Below are positions 25,363-37,522 of a stretch of DNA of 64,000 bases, piece by piece. Location: positions 5,951,531 through 6,015,530 of the forward strand of contig NW_003314262.1 of the NCBI RefSeq assembly GCF_000143415.4. Direction: 5' to 3'. A program made the position numbers and the translations under genes. The number at the start of each line of letters is the position of its first letter. The first letter of the stretch is position 1. The notes beneath the pieces were generated by a model. That model had not been told where the DNA came from. It searched no databases and worked only from the letters and a program-made list of their open reading frames with translations. This DNA is from Selaginella moellendorffii. Taxonomy: Eukaryota; Plantae; Lycopodiophyta.

Positions 25363-26343
25363 CCATAGCCTTTTGTTCGACTAAAGGCTCCAGCTTTAGA
25401 GGAGGTTCCGTCTCCACCTTGGTTCATTCTGCCCTACCTTTGCCATCTCCCAGCAATCCACCTCTATCCTTTGCTAAAACTGAGGAAAAGGCTCTGATAC
25501 CAAATTGTAAGCCACAAATTTTTCCTTTCCAATTTGCCAAATTACCTCATCTATCCAACCAACATTGCCTTAGCTTTTAGCTAAGTTCCCTCGCTAAGGT
25601 TCTCGCCTATTGTACTAGCTTCTACTTGGTCCTACTTGGTTTCAAATACTCACTGCACGAGCAATGGAGTGTTAGCCATCCATCTACGAATTCCTAAATC
25701 TCTCCTAATCCCCCTCCCCGGGTTAGACTGGACTTAAGGTATGGTTCCACTCCCCGCAGGCACAAACAACCAAACACACCAAGCCTCCAGGTTCCTAACA
25801 TCCCTTGTTACAACAAGACTTGATCATAGGACCCTCTAAATCCCAAGCCGTGGGTGCAACACTTGCTTCGGGATGCCAAGGCGAAACACTGTGGCCTAAC
25901 GGCTCAGTATGGGTACCTCCACCCTCCCACTTCCATCCCGAAGGGAAGGCCCAAGCCCCTAGGAAGGGCAAGGACCAATGAGCCACAAGGTACTCAAGTG
26001 GGGCACCACTCCACATGAGCCGGAAGCACCGCAATCGGTTTCCCTTGGACTCGATCTCATACCTGACTTCAGACTCGGTCTCGGACCCGATCTCGGACTC
26101 GACTTCAGACTCGACCTCAGACTTGGTCTTGGACCCGATCTCAGATCTCGGACTCTATCTTGAACTCGGTCTCAAAGTCGACCTCAGACTCGATCCCAGA
26201 CTCTATCTCGAACTCGGTCTCAGAGTCGGTCTTGGACTCGATCTCAGACTTGGTCCCATTTGATAAACTCTTTATCATTTCGGTCGTGCTTTCGGGGATT
26301 CTTTAGCCTACGACACCTCGGGAAGTTGGTTCCTTACAGCCTC

Positions 26344-27300
26344 TAAAGTTGGATGGTTTCAAGGGCTTGAACTTTGAAACTTATGCAACCAAGGGTGATT
26401 GCAAAAATTTATTGTCCTTAGAACTTGAAGTGGAGTTTGGTTGCTTAGATGGTACTAATTTAGCTGCCTCAACTTCTTTCTTCCTCTTTTTATTCTCCTT
26501 TTTCAATTTGTGAACTTCCTTTCTTAAATTCTCAATCTCAATGTCTTGAGCTATACCCTGCAGTGCTATAGTATTAGGCTCTTCCTCTTTTGACTCAACC
26601 TCAACCTCTTTCATAGCATCTCCAACAATAGTTTCCTCCTCTCAATTCGCTTGTTTAGAGGTTTCAACATCATTAGTATGGTTCTTTTTCACCATCTCAC
26701 CAACTACATGCATGTTTCTATTAGTAATTGAACATGTATACAACGTTCTTACTGAATAGTGCTATCCAACTAATCCTACACAAGTCGCTTTGGATCTACT
26801 AAAAAAGTCTCTACGTATACAACTTGAGTCAGAAATTCCAACAAAAGTTGGATACAAATCGTTGAAATAATTCCTCTAATACCAAATGTATCATTCCTTT
26901 GTAAACTGAGTGGTACTCGGAGCAACACTCTTTGTGTATGCAACTTGAGTCAAAAATTCCAACAAAAGTTGGATAAAAATCACTAAATTCCTCTTATACC
27001 AAATATAGTGCACCTAAATTTGGAGTCGAACTTTAAGCCTATTGTGTTATGAAACAAGAGTCTAATACACTTTCAATCCTACAAACACCAACTCTCTATA
27101 TCTAGCACCTACATACAAAATGGTGTCAAATGGTATCTGGCACAATTTTGGCATACTGGTGGTCTAATGTGAGGAGGTGGGTACTTCACCAACTAAAGTA
27201 ACATGGAGCTTGGGCTTAGACCCAAATCTGATATAGAATAAAAAGCAACACAACCTAACAAAAGCCAAACTAATATCTCCCCATTAACCCCCCACAACCT
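26344..27300 (-). mobile_element. Older gypsy element (family D): partial LTR, PBS and 5' gag; this is the target of family A copy 1
   Basis: PBS-like ctcttatacca at ~26991, then LTR-like tatagtgcac. The gag frame KFKPLKPSNFRG continues across the TSD into MLDYQVLEDWVYSMADHLR at 16837 (+). Confidence 0.7.
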
Positions 27301-27608
27301 AATATAGAGGGTTCTAAATGTATAATAGGGATAATTGTTAGAATGTATGGTTAACCACTTGTTTAGTTCCTATTGGACTGTGTCACTCCTTATTCTACAT
27401 TTAGCTTAGGTCTAAACCCAAGTTCTATGCTACTCTAGTCGATAGGGTATTCTCCTCCTCACCATTGGTATGCCAAAATTGTGCTAGATACTATTTTGCA
27501 TGTAGGTATTGGATATGAAGAGTTGGTGCTCATAATATTGAGAGTGTATTGGACCTTCATTTTGTGGTGTAATGGGCTTAAAATTTGACTCTAAATTCAA
27601 GTGCACTA
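27005..27608. repeat. Long imperfect inverted repeat formed by two LTR fragments
   Basis: 27005-27255 aligns with the reverse complement of 27377-27608. Confidence 0.85.
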
Positions 27609-30419
27609 CTCTTATATGGGATAAGAACAATCGGTTTTAGGCTTAGATTATCATGATTAATCGTTTCTTTCCTTCTAACAAAGAAAAACAAGTCTTGGTG
27701 GAAATGTCATTTATCAATATGAAATACAAGGATGTGCTATGTTTTTATCAAACTAATCATCATATGAATAAGTAAACCCTTTTTTATTTTTGACCCAAAT
27801 AGTGTTTTCATGAATCTTTTTATAGCATCGATAATATTCAAATATATGGCCTCCAAAACACCTTTTATGACATCTATTGATTTTGCTATAGCAACAAAGA
27901 TATGAAAGCTTAATGATAACTTAAGGGATGCAATCAATCATGATTGATATGATAAAGTGAAGGGCAAGAAGAGGAAGCTCATTTTCCTAGTATGTGGCTT
28001 TAATATTTATTTGTAGTGGGTTTTGTCTTAATATATTTTATGCTTTTTTACACAAAACAAGATTGAACAAGATTGAATGAGATTCTCAAAGCTATGGAGA
28101 AGATTAAGAGTGTGTCTACTAAAGAAGAAAAAATCTTGCCCACTTAGAAAGTCTAAAATTAGTATAACACTCTTCTAGAACTACCTATTATATTTGGATA
28201 AAGCACACAACTTATGAATAATTGGATGAAGATGGTGACTAATTTTGACTTAACAGACATAGGGTTTTATATAGAAAACTCCATCACTTGGTGAAAATAA
28301 ATTTCCTTCAATGGACCTATTAAAGTGTGGAAGAATAAAGGAGTGCCCAAGGATATTTGTCTTTGGTGCTATAGACAAATGTGGATCACTAAAATTTTGG
28401 AGTTTGCATCAAATAAAGGAAAGAGGGTATTTCTAAATTGTCCTTTTTTAGAAGATCACACCACTATCAAACCCTTAGAATGTTCATAAGTACTTCAAAG
28501 AGATCAGGGGTCAGTACACTATCAATGTATTTAGAATAGTAAACACTGATAACAATAAAAACTTGGGATGTGAAATTCATGAATCAAACCTTTAAATAAC
28601 TTGCATTCAAAGCTTTCATTCTTTTATAATCATTTAGTATTGATTAGTTTCTTTTTTCTCAGTTTTTACATTAAAATAATATATGTCTTTTTACTAAGAC
28701 AAAGTACTAAAATTAAATAAAAGATGATCCATACTACAAAGCAAACATTAGGAAGTGACCTACATTATAAAATGAACATTACAAATTACTTGAAAGTTGA
28801 ACCACACTATACATAAAAAAATCTATCTAAAACACATAAGTTTTATCACTTTTACATGACACAGTCATCTTCTTCCATATATCATTTTGAGTTCTAACTT
28901 AGAGGAATAGTAAAGCAAGACTAGCTAAAGGGTGGGTCATATCTTATGCCAATTACTATTATGAAGAAGATGTAAAAAACAATCTCACTCAACATATCCA
29001 GTACCAAAAGTGTCTAGTGCACAACACCTAAGACTACTTGTTCTTAAGAGACAAAAGCGTTGGAAATACATATGGAGATATAAATTTTGCAATTGGAGAA
29101 CTTAAGGGTGGCAAATCCCATCCATGCAAAGAAGGTTAGGGGGACCATAGCAGGGGACCACTCTTGAAATGGTGGGCCTGACCAGTCTGAAATATGTGCT
29201 GATTAAGAAGATCTAGACATTGGCATAACTAGAACAAGGAAAATTTAAACCCTAAAAAGTAAAGTTATTACATGAAAAGAAATTGATTCAGCATTCATAG
29301 CCTAAACCTATACATATAACATCAGTGTCAACAGCTGTACACATGAAGCACAAGATGGTTAAAGTTTGACTTAATTTAATATTTACTGAGTAATAAAGTT
29401 TTAGTGTGTGCATTATATTTATCCTCACATATTCCAAATAAATGCGAATATTAAAAGTATATTCAGTGATAGGCATGAAAAACCCTTAAAAGGGAAATCC
29501 TCATTCAAATGGAGCATGAAGAGGTGAACACTTTGTCATCAATCAACCTGTCATTTAACACATTCCTCAACTTCCAGCACATTCCTCAACTCGAGCTATG
29601 TTGGGTCAAGAGGCAAGATCTGGTAGAATGTTCTTTTGGCTCGTAGTTAGTATGTCAGCCTTTTTTGCACGGTGGTCATGGAGAATAAACTCATGACTAA
29701 GTTAAATGCTCATGACCCACAGTAACTGCTAGAGACAGTGTCTGAGCTCTCAATCCCTGTAAGATATGTGTATGGTAAGGCATTCATGTGAGCTTTACAT
29801 GTGAAAGACAGGCTTCTCGCCATGAAAATACACTCGTGAATGTGTCTTTGCTTTCATTTTTTCTCTCCCTTACATAGAGAAAGAGAGAAGGCAGTGGAAG
29901 TGGTGGAAGGCAAAACCTGAGAGTCGGAAGAATCAGCAGGCACTGTTGTAAGAAAAGCAGCAAAGCAAATAAAGAGTGAGCGTCTAGACTACGACAATGA
30001 GTATCATGAAGAGGAGCTATTCCGGAGAGCACTCAACGGTCAACCGCCTTGCACACTTTTGCATTTTTCTAGAACAAACACAACAGTCATTCTTGCGGAG
30101 GCAGACTCACAGTGCTGCACTTGCCAGACCACTTATCCATTTTGGCCATGATGGATTGCGACACTGGCATGCTGTTGCAGACTTATAAATGCGAAGTGCA
30201 AGCTCAAACGTTGTTGTTGCATCGCTAAGTTACAAACATAATCATAAGAACATTGATATGATATTAAGAGAGCAGATTATTATTGCTTCATTTCGAGTCC
30301 CTTATTCACGAGTACGTATACTTGCATTGCAGCTGCGTTCCTTTTCCCTGGCAGAGCAAAAAAATCATGAGAGAAGCGTGAGAAGAAAAAAGAGAAAGAT
30401 TATAACCTTTGGCTCAACC

Positions 30420-30644
30420 TCAAGGGCAGCACTGAGAAAGGAGTGTTTTCACCAAGGTAACGTTGCAAGCGCAAATGGGCAAGGGACTGCAGCACTGAGT
30501 GATTTTGGTTGGATCGCCCAAAGCATTGATGATGCAAGTCAAAATGGCCTGGAGATTGGGTAGGGAGCACTGCTGCGCACGAGCAAGTGTCGCAACCATG
30601 GCGAGCACCAGGAGCATAAGCAGCACGGACCTTGCAAAAGCCAT
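30420..30644 (-). CDS. Small secreted cysteine-rich protein (74 aa), nsLTP/prolamin-like 8-Cys motif
   Basis: Intact single-exon ORF; hydrophobic signal peptide ending ARA|Q; pattern C-x10-C-x13-CC-x6-CxC-x11-CC; TATA box upstream. Confidence 0.8.
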   Translation of the reverse strand: MAFARSVLLMLLVLAMVATLARAQQCSLPNLQAILTCIINALGDPTKITQCCSPLPICACNVTLVKTLLSQCCP

Positions 30645-30702
30645 GGATGGGAATCAAGAGAGGATAAGAGAAGATGATGGCTTGGAGTTGTGGAAAAGCC
30701 GC

Positions 30703-30710
30703 TTATATAC
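30703..30710 (-). promoter_or_regulatory. TATA box of the cysteine-rich protein gene
   Basis: GTATATAA on the minus strand ~60 nt upstream of the ATG, followed by a CT-rich 5' UTR. Confidence 0.6.
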
Positions 30711-31099
30711 ACGGAATTGAAAGAAAACTGGGACTCCACCAAAATTTGGCGGGCCAGCAGTAACGAAGGCCGCTGAGTAAAGCATGCTCTCAGCAAGAGT
30801 GATCAAGTTGACAATCCCGACGATTTAGATCCATGGTGGGACTGGCTAATATAATTAACTATTTTCTTATAATAATTACATGCTTTGGCACCCAATTAGA
30901 ATATAATCATAATAATATAATATAGTTAATCTTATAATTAATCTTATAGTTATCTTGACTACCGTGCCAGCTTATGCCAGTAGATGCTCACGAAGCACAC
31001 TACGCTGTCAATCCCTGTCAATTGTAAGACCCCTTAAGCACGGGCATTATATAATGGCAAAGCTGTGTGGCCTAGAACTTCTTACGTTTTACGTGTCAT

Positions 31100-32162
31100 T
31101 GCAGAAACAGCAGAAAGTAAGCAGAAGAAGAAGAAGGATTTTTATGGTCACTGCGCCCAGTGGGGCATGGGACCGTGGCCTTATGCCAGATTGGAAGTCT
31201 TGTGCCCCTCGCTCAGCTCGAGGTTCTGCATGCGTGGCGTTGGAGAGAAATCCATGGAGAGGGGAGAGGGGAGAGGGGGGCAATTGATGCTCCAGTCGTG
31301 GCCGCAACCGTCCGCCGATTATGCTGTATAGATGTGCAGTATCAGGCTAGTAGGTGCGCCCAAAGTATATAGGTCGACAGAGTCTACGCCTCCTCTTAAA
31401 GCAACCAATACAGGCATCTGGAACAAAAGCATATCGACAGTGCGACATTTGGATATGGTTGCACGGTTGGTTCTGCTGTCCTGGTGGGCCAATGCCAACT
31501 GAACGCACTGGACAGTTTGCTCTCTCACTGGCCTCCCAGTAAACCTTGAGAAGACAGCATATGGACGGGAGAAAGAGATGCTGCAGCCTCTCTACTGTGG
31601 TGGACAAGAAATCAGCAAGGCTACGTGCTGGACTATGGAAGCCAAGTATCCATTCTCGAGGCGATTTTGACGTACAGTTGATGTTTTGAAAGATTCTGTG
31701 CCTGGTTCTTGTCGAGGTGATGTCCAGGGCCCCAAGTGTTTGAGATGATCCACCATTCATGAAGGGTGGTGGTTAGGGTCTTCTTGTTGGCGTCGGTTTG
31801 CCTTACAAAGCTTGTGAGTTGACCTTCGCTTCTTGGCCGCTTGGCATTCATCCCACCAGGGAGAGCATGAAAACGTCCGCACTTCCGTGAGGTTTTCAAT
31901 CGATGGGATTACGAGACATGCCGCACTGTTCCTGAAGGGGGCGAGACATTATTCCAGCCGATTCGCTCTGGTAGCCTGGCTGCTTCGTCATTATCGTCTC
32001 CCTATGGCTGCAATTGTGCAGCGATTGGTCGTCCGACCAGCAGATAATCATTCGTGCTTCAGCCATTCACATGTGAAACCGTCACTGCTAGACGTTTTTG
32101 AGGATATCATCCAGAAGCAGCGGGAGTACATGCTAATGAAAACTCAAAAACATGGAATATAA
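31100..32162 (+). other. Gene-like, CpG-retaining region of unknown identity (gene or pseudogene)
   Basis: Higher GC, candidate short GT-AG introns, terminal ORF ...KPSLLDVFEDIIQKQREYMLMKTQKHGI*. I could not build a clean model or name a family. Confidence 0.3.
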
Positions 32163-32224
32163 CAAAGACTCTTTGATATACAAACTGTTTACACTCTGCA
32201 TGTTCGCACCACTCAATTTTGGAT

Positions 32225-33349
32225 TCAAGATTCGGGATGAGCATCTAACGCTAAGGCAGTGGAAAGCGTAAGCAGATGATAATCCAGTGTCCGCAAGTTC
32301 ACCTGGCAATCATTGATGTTGGAAGCCAACAAACAAACGGTCTGAACAAGTTACCATCACGGCAGTTCCCGAATCACAAAGGCGCAGAATCGAAATAGCT
32401 CTCACCAATTTTCCTTCAACTAAGAAACAGTCGCCGGTACAGTCAAGGGCTAAGCAAATATACATACCAGTAAGTATAGCGAGATATAAAGCTCTTCTGA
32501 TTTCCACAGAAGTAAAAATGCGGACATGTGTCCAGAACGAACGGATCCCTATCCGTGTATGGAAAACACCCTGCTCGTAGCACAAAGTGAGCGACATTAC
32601 TTGTGTGAAATAGTATACCCAGTGTATCAGGAGCTGTAGGCGCAATATGTCTCCAGCGCAGAGTTCTTTCCATAAGTTCGATGACATCTTTGGCTTCCAG
32701 TAATTTTCAAGATGATCGACATTTTGTCCAGATGTGCCGAGAAACCTGAAACCGTAATATCAAACAGAGAATACTTACTCTATACCGTCCAGTTCAAATC
32801 GATGAGGATTTGTCGCAGATAAAAAGGTACTGTAAGCAGACGCTCCAGGAAAGAGACACTTATGCAAGGGCTGAAATAGCATTTTAATTCTGGTGGTCAT
32901 AACAACAAGCATTTCATACCTGCTGGGGTAAAGTAAAGTTTGCAGGGTCATTTGCTCCAGGCATTATATCAACTGGCATTGCTGCTGCTATCTGTTACAG
33001 GCCCAATGTAAGTAGCAAATGCATGCGCATGGACTTACTTGAGTTAGCACAATGTCAAGCTCCTTCACTGGTTCAGTCAACCTCACTTGGTCCTTGCGGA
33101 AATAGCCTGCAAATGCTAAGAGCATACAGAATGTTTTGGGAAGACAAACCTGCCTTGGAGAACAAGTTATATTCCACATCAAGAGAATTTCCCGCAACTA
33201 TCAGATGAACGATCTGAGTGCTCAGCACTTGTTCCTAAACAATACAGGTAATATAAGTTGATGTAATATTCCTGCTATCTGATTACCTATTCTTCGCCCA
33301 AATGCCTGGTAAGGTGATCAACCAAGAGCCGTATTTGCAAAGGGTTACA
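32225..33349 (-). pseudogene. POLD2: DNA polymerase delta small subunit (POLD2), 3' half only, disabled
   Basis: Exons [113 protein letters not shown] and VNLRTL, separated by ~50-bp introns. In-frame TAG at 33287-33289; frameshift near 32699; N-terminal exons absent. Confidence 0.9.
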
Positions 33350-33391
33350 ATGATCAGAGTGTGTCTCTTTTATATACCTAAATATAATCTG

Positions 33392-33453
33392 TATTATTAT
33401 CTTTATTATTATTATTATTATTATTATTTGGTTTAGAATGAGCACACACACAC
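33392..33453. repeat. (TTA)n and (AC)n microsatellites
   Basis: Directly visible. Confidence 0.8.
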
Positions 33454-34899
33454 AATCAAATCACATAAGAAATTTATACCACTCTTTAGTTTTTTTACAC
33501 CTTACTTTAACCATCTCCTAGTAATCTACTTTTATCCTTCTCTAGAATTGAGAAAGAAGCTCTAGTACCAAATTATAAGCCATAAAATTTCCCTTTCTAA
33601 TTTACCAGCGTATCTATCCAACCACCTTTGCTTTAGCCTTAGTTAAGTTCCCTTGTTAACGTTCTTACCTATTGTATTAACTCTTAAACTTACTTGGATT
33701 CAACTACTCACTGCATAAACAATAAGGTGTTTGCCATTTATTTATGGATTCTCACATTCTCTCCCAATCCCTCTACCCAGGTTAGACTAAACTTAAGGTT
33801 TGACTACACTCTTTATATACACAAGCAATTAAGCATACCAAACCTCTAAATTTTTAATATTCCTTAGTACAACAAAACTTGATCATGGGACCCTCTAAAT
33901 CCCAAGCCTTGAATGCATATCTTACTTTGGGACCTTAAAAGGAAACACTATGGCATAACAGCCTAGTATAACTACCTATACTCTCCCACTTCTATCTTAA
34001 AGGGAAAGCCCAAGCCCTTAGGAAGGAGTAAAGATCAATGAGTAGCATGGTACTCAAGTGGGGTAATGAGTTAGGAGCACCGTAATAAATTTCCTTTTTG
34101 GGAATAAAAGCTATTCTTAAGCACTTCTTTGGGAAGCCTCTATAACACCCCTTCAATTCATATTCATTCTCACCCAAAACCATTAACCCCTAGTCCAAAC
34201 CTCAACTTAGTTTGGAAACACCATTAAAAAGTTCTTTTAAAACTAAGTCTTTAGCCTTATTATTCCTACTATACTTTTGGAACCCTCTATAGTGCCCCCC
34301 TCCCACTAAAGAGGCGACCACTTTAGGCTTTCATCCCACAACCTGTATTATTATTCGAACTTGGTTTTAGTCTTGGATTTGATCTTGAACTTGACTTTGG
34401 AGTTGGTGTCGAACTTGATCTTAGACCCAATTTCAAATCTCAAATCTCGGTCTTGAACTCAATTTTGGACTTAGTCTTAAACTCGGTCTTGGAGTTGATC
34501 TTGGACTCAATCTCATTTGATAAATTTATCATTTCGGTTGTGATTTTGGGATCCTTTAGCTTATGACACCTTTGGGAGTTTAATTCTTTACATGGAGTTA
34601 GTGTTAAGATTTCTTCATCTGCTATTTTTTGGTCCACTTGATTAGGTTTTGATGGGATTGGATCCTCCAGTGGAGTTTCCACACCCATAGGTTTAAGCAC
34701 AAATCCTCTCTTTTGTAGCTAGTGTAGCTTTGCCAAAGTTATTAATGTACCTTTAACAACTAGCTATTGTAGTGAGCACAATTAAACCCTTTAAGATCAA
34801 TGCCATGAGATGAGATAAGAGTTTAGCCAAGGAAGGTGTTCTCTTCTTATATTCAGAAAAGGATGCAAAGTGCATTATTAATGAAGATAACAATTCTAA

Positions 34900-35146
34900 A
34901 TGTGAAGCTATAACAATGGAGATAAAGAGTGTTTTCTTGAACAACAATGGGAAATCATACAAGGTGACAATAAGAATGGAACCTACATGCAATTTTCCTG
35001 ATTTCTAGAAAGGAGTTCAAAATTGGTAGATCTAGAGTTGCAAGCACATAATTTTCTTGTAATTTGAACTGGTACAAGATTGACTCAATTGATATTACAA
35101 TTACACAAGCAACATTTTCATGAAACCAAGCTCAAAACATTGTGAG
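34900..35146 (+). pseudogene. SWIM zinc-finger fragment of a MULE-like transposase
   Basis: GKSYKVTIRMEPTCNFPDF..SCKHI..YTQATFS parallels YTIAIYDFPSCTCPDF..PCKHI..IHQASLT at 48250-48440. Confidence 0.7.
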
Positions 35147-37336
35147 AGGCAAAGATAAAATCTCCTTTGGAAATGAAGAATAAGAAGTTTTGGATAAGGA
35201 ATCTTTATATGAAGAGGACTCTAGTAAGGAACCTTCCAAATAAGAGTTTAGTGGCAAGGTTTGGTCATCCAAAACTTTGATTAGAAGCTTTGGAAGGACA
35301 AGTGGCTAAGACGAATGCCTTGCTAAAGACCCTCATACACAAGCTAAAACATGATGAGAAGCGGAAGAAAAAAGAAAAGACTACAGATGCTGGTAGTGTA
35401 GAAGTTATAGACCCTTTAGTGGGGACTAAGGCAAGACTAAACAAAGTCAAACAAACCAAAATAGAGTTGGTCTCTCAACTAGTTCCCAAGTATAAACTAA
35501 AACCCTTACCAAACTTCAAGGTAGTGAATGACTATAAGGTAGTGAAGGATTGATTTTATGATATAGAGGATTACTTCTGAGTGTTATGGTTATCAAGTTT
35601 GGAAAAAGTCCATGTGTAAAACTATACTTACCAGATAATACTAAGTCTTGGTGGATAATAATGGAAGTCAACAAAAGGCTAGTGGCCACTTGAGAATCCA
35701 TGCAACTTATGTTCTTTTGAATGCTACTTTACACCTCAGAGATGAATTGAGTAGGTTGAAGTAAACAAGAATCATTCAAAGTATGTGAATGCATTTATGC
35801 CGAAGAAAATCATTGTTATGGATATAAACAATATAGACACATTCCATACCTTTATATCAGGCTTGCAGATCTAGGTTGGGGGCAAGATGATGCACTTAAA
35901 CCTGACTAACTAATAGAAAGCATTAGATGCAACTATTAAGGTGCATTTCAATTATAACTTGCGAAAAGGGAACATAATACGGTCTAGGTCCATATTTAGC
36001 AAGAAAGCTAAACTAAAAGGGACATATGGGAAAAGGAAATTCAGGAAGAGTTTATTTAAGAATAAATCCTTAAGATTTCAGAAAAATAGATTTATGGGGG
36101 AGTCAAGCAAAAATGGATAAATCCACTGATAAAAAAACTAGTAGCATGGAGAACAATATATGCTACAATTGTGGTGGAGTAGAACACTTCTAGTGATAAT
36201 ATCCCTCTAGAATCAATAAAGGGTATGTCAGGTTGAGCAATTAATTGTATAAGATGCTAGTGTTATTTATGAAAAAGAAAGATGGCTCTATACACATATG
36301 CATAGACTATTAGTTGCCTAACAAGTATATGAAGAAGAATAAATACCTTTTACCAAGGATTGAAGACTTATTTGATAGGTTGAGAAAGGCAAAATACTTC
36401 TTAAGAATTGATCTAAGGTTAAGATACTACTAAATCAGGGTAATAGAGGAAGATGTCGAGAAAAATCTATTAAACAAGATATAGGAGCTTTGAGTTTCTA
36501 GTGATACCCTTTCAGTTGTACAATGCATCGGCAATGTTTTTAATGATAATGAACCACATCTTTATACCTTTTTTGATCACTTTGTAATTGTCTATATTGA
36601 TGATATTTTGATTTATAATAAAACATTAGAGGAGTATGCCAAAAACTTAATGAAGGTGTTTGAGAAACTAAGGAAACACTAATTATATACAAAAGAGAGC
36701 AAGTTTGACTTTGCTCAACAAAAAGTAAAGTTTCTTGGGTATGTAGTGGGCAAGGATGGGCTCAAGGTGGATATAAAAGCGTCTAAGCAATCCAGGAATG
36801 GGAACAACTATTAAATGTATATGAGTTAATGGTATTTTTCGGGTTATACAATTACTATTAAAAGTTTATCAAACACTATTTAAGAATAGCCTTAATTTTA
36901 ATAAACTAAATGAGAAAAGAGAAGATGGTATGGATAGTAGAATGCAAGGTAATATTTATCCATCTCACAAAGAAATTGATGAAAGCTCTTTATGTAACAT
37001 TACCAAACTTTAGNNNNNNNNNNNNNNNNNNNNNNNNNNNNNNNNNNNNNNNNNNNNNNNNNNNNNNNNNNNNNNNNNNNNNNNNNNNNNNNNNNNNNNN
37101 NNNNNNNNNNNNNNNNNNNNNNNNNNNNNNNNNNNNNNNNNNNNNNNNNNNNNNNNNNNNNNNNNNNNNNNNNNNNNNNNNNNNNNNNNNNNNNNNNNNN
37201 NNNNNNNNNNNNNNNNNNNNNNNNNNNNNNNNNNNNNNNNNNNNNNNNNNNNNNNNNNNNNNNNNNNNNNNNNNNNNNNNNNNNNNNNNNNNNNNNNNNN
37301 NNNNNNNNNNNNNNNNNNNNNNNNNNNNNNNNNNNN

Positions 37337-37522
37337 ACCAAAGAGAACGACTCGAGAAATGATCTATGGAGTTCAAATATAAAGGGAAAGGGCCCATGAA
37401 CAAAAGTGCACCCTTTTTTTCAATCGGTTAAAAGTCTTGCGATACTTGGGGTTAAGCATCCTTGGGTTTGAATAGTATTGGGATGGGTGACCTCCCGGGA
37501 AGTCCAAACTCAAGAGCTTACA
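37337..37522 (+). mobile_element. Cassandra LTR abutting an assembly gap, inserted in pol
   Basis: Matches 24324-24518, including the 5S-like segment. Confidence 0.9.

Larger units (their letters stand above)
16479..26338 (-). mobile_element. Ty3/gypsy chromovirus-type LTR retrotransposon, family A copy 1 (full length, decayed, rearranged 3' LTR)
   Basis: 5' LTR 25506-26338; PBS tRNA-iMet 25491-25502; PPT ~19700-19715. The 3' LTR is in pieces: 16479-16831 (inverted), 17188-17617 and 19310-19699. TSD GCCTC at 26339-26343 and, reverse-complemented, at 16832-16836. Order gag-PR-RT-RH-INT-chromodomain. Confidence 0.93.

Noticed and set aside
36910-37403. ORFs spanning N runs (also 5299-5481 and 43142-43390)
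   Set aside because: Artefacts of assembly gaps.
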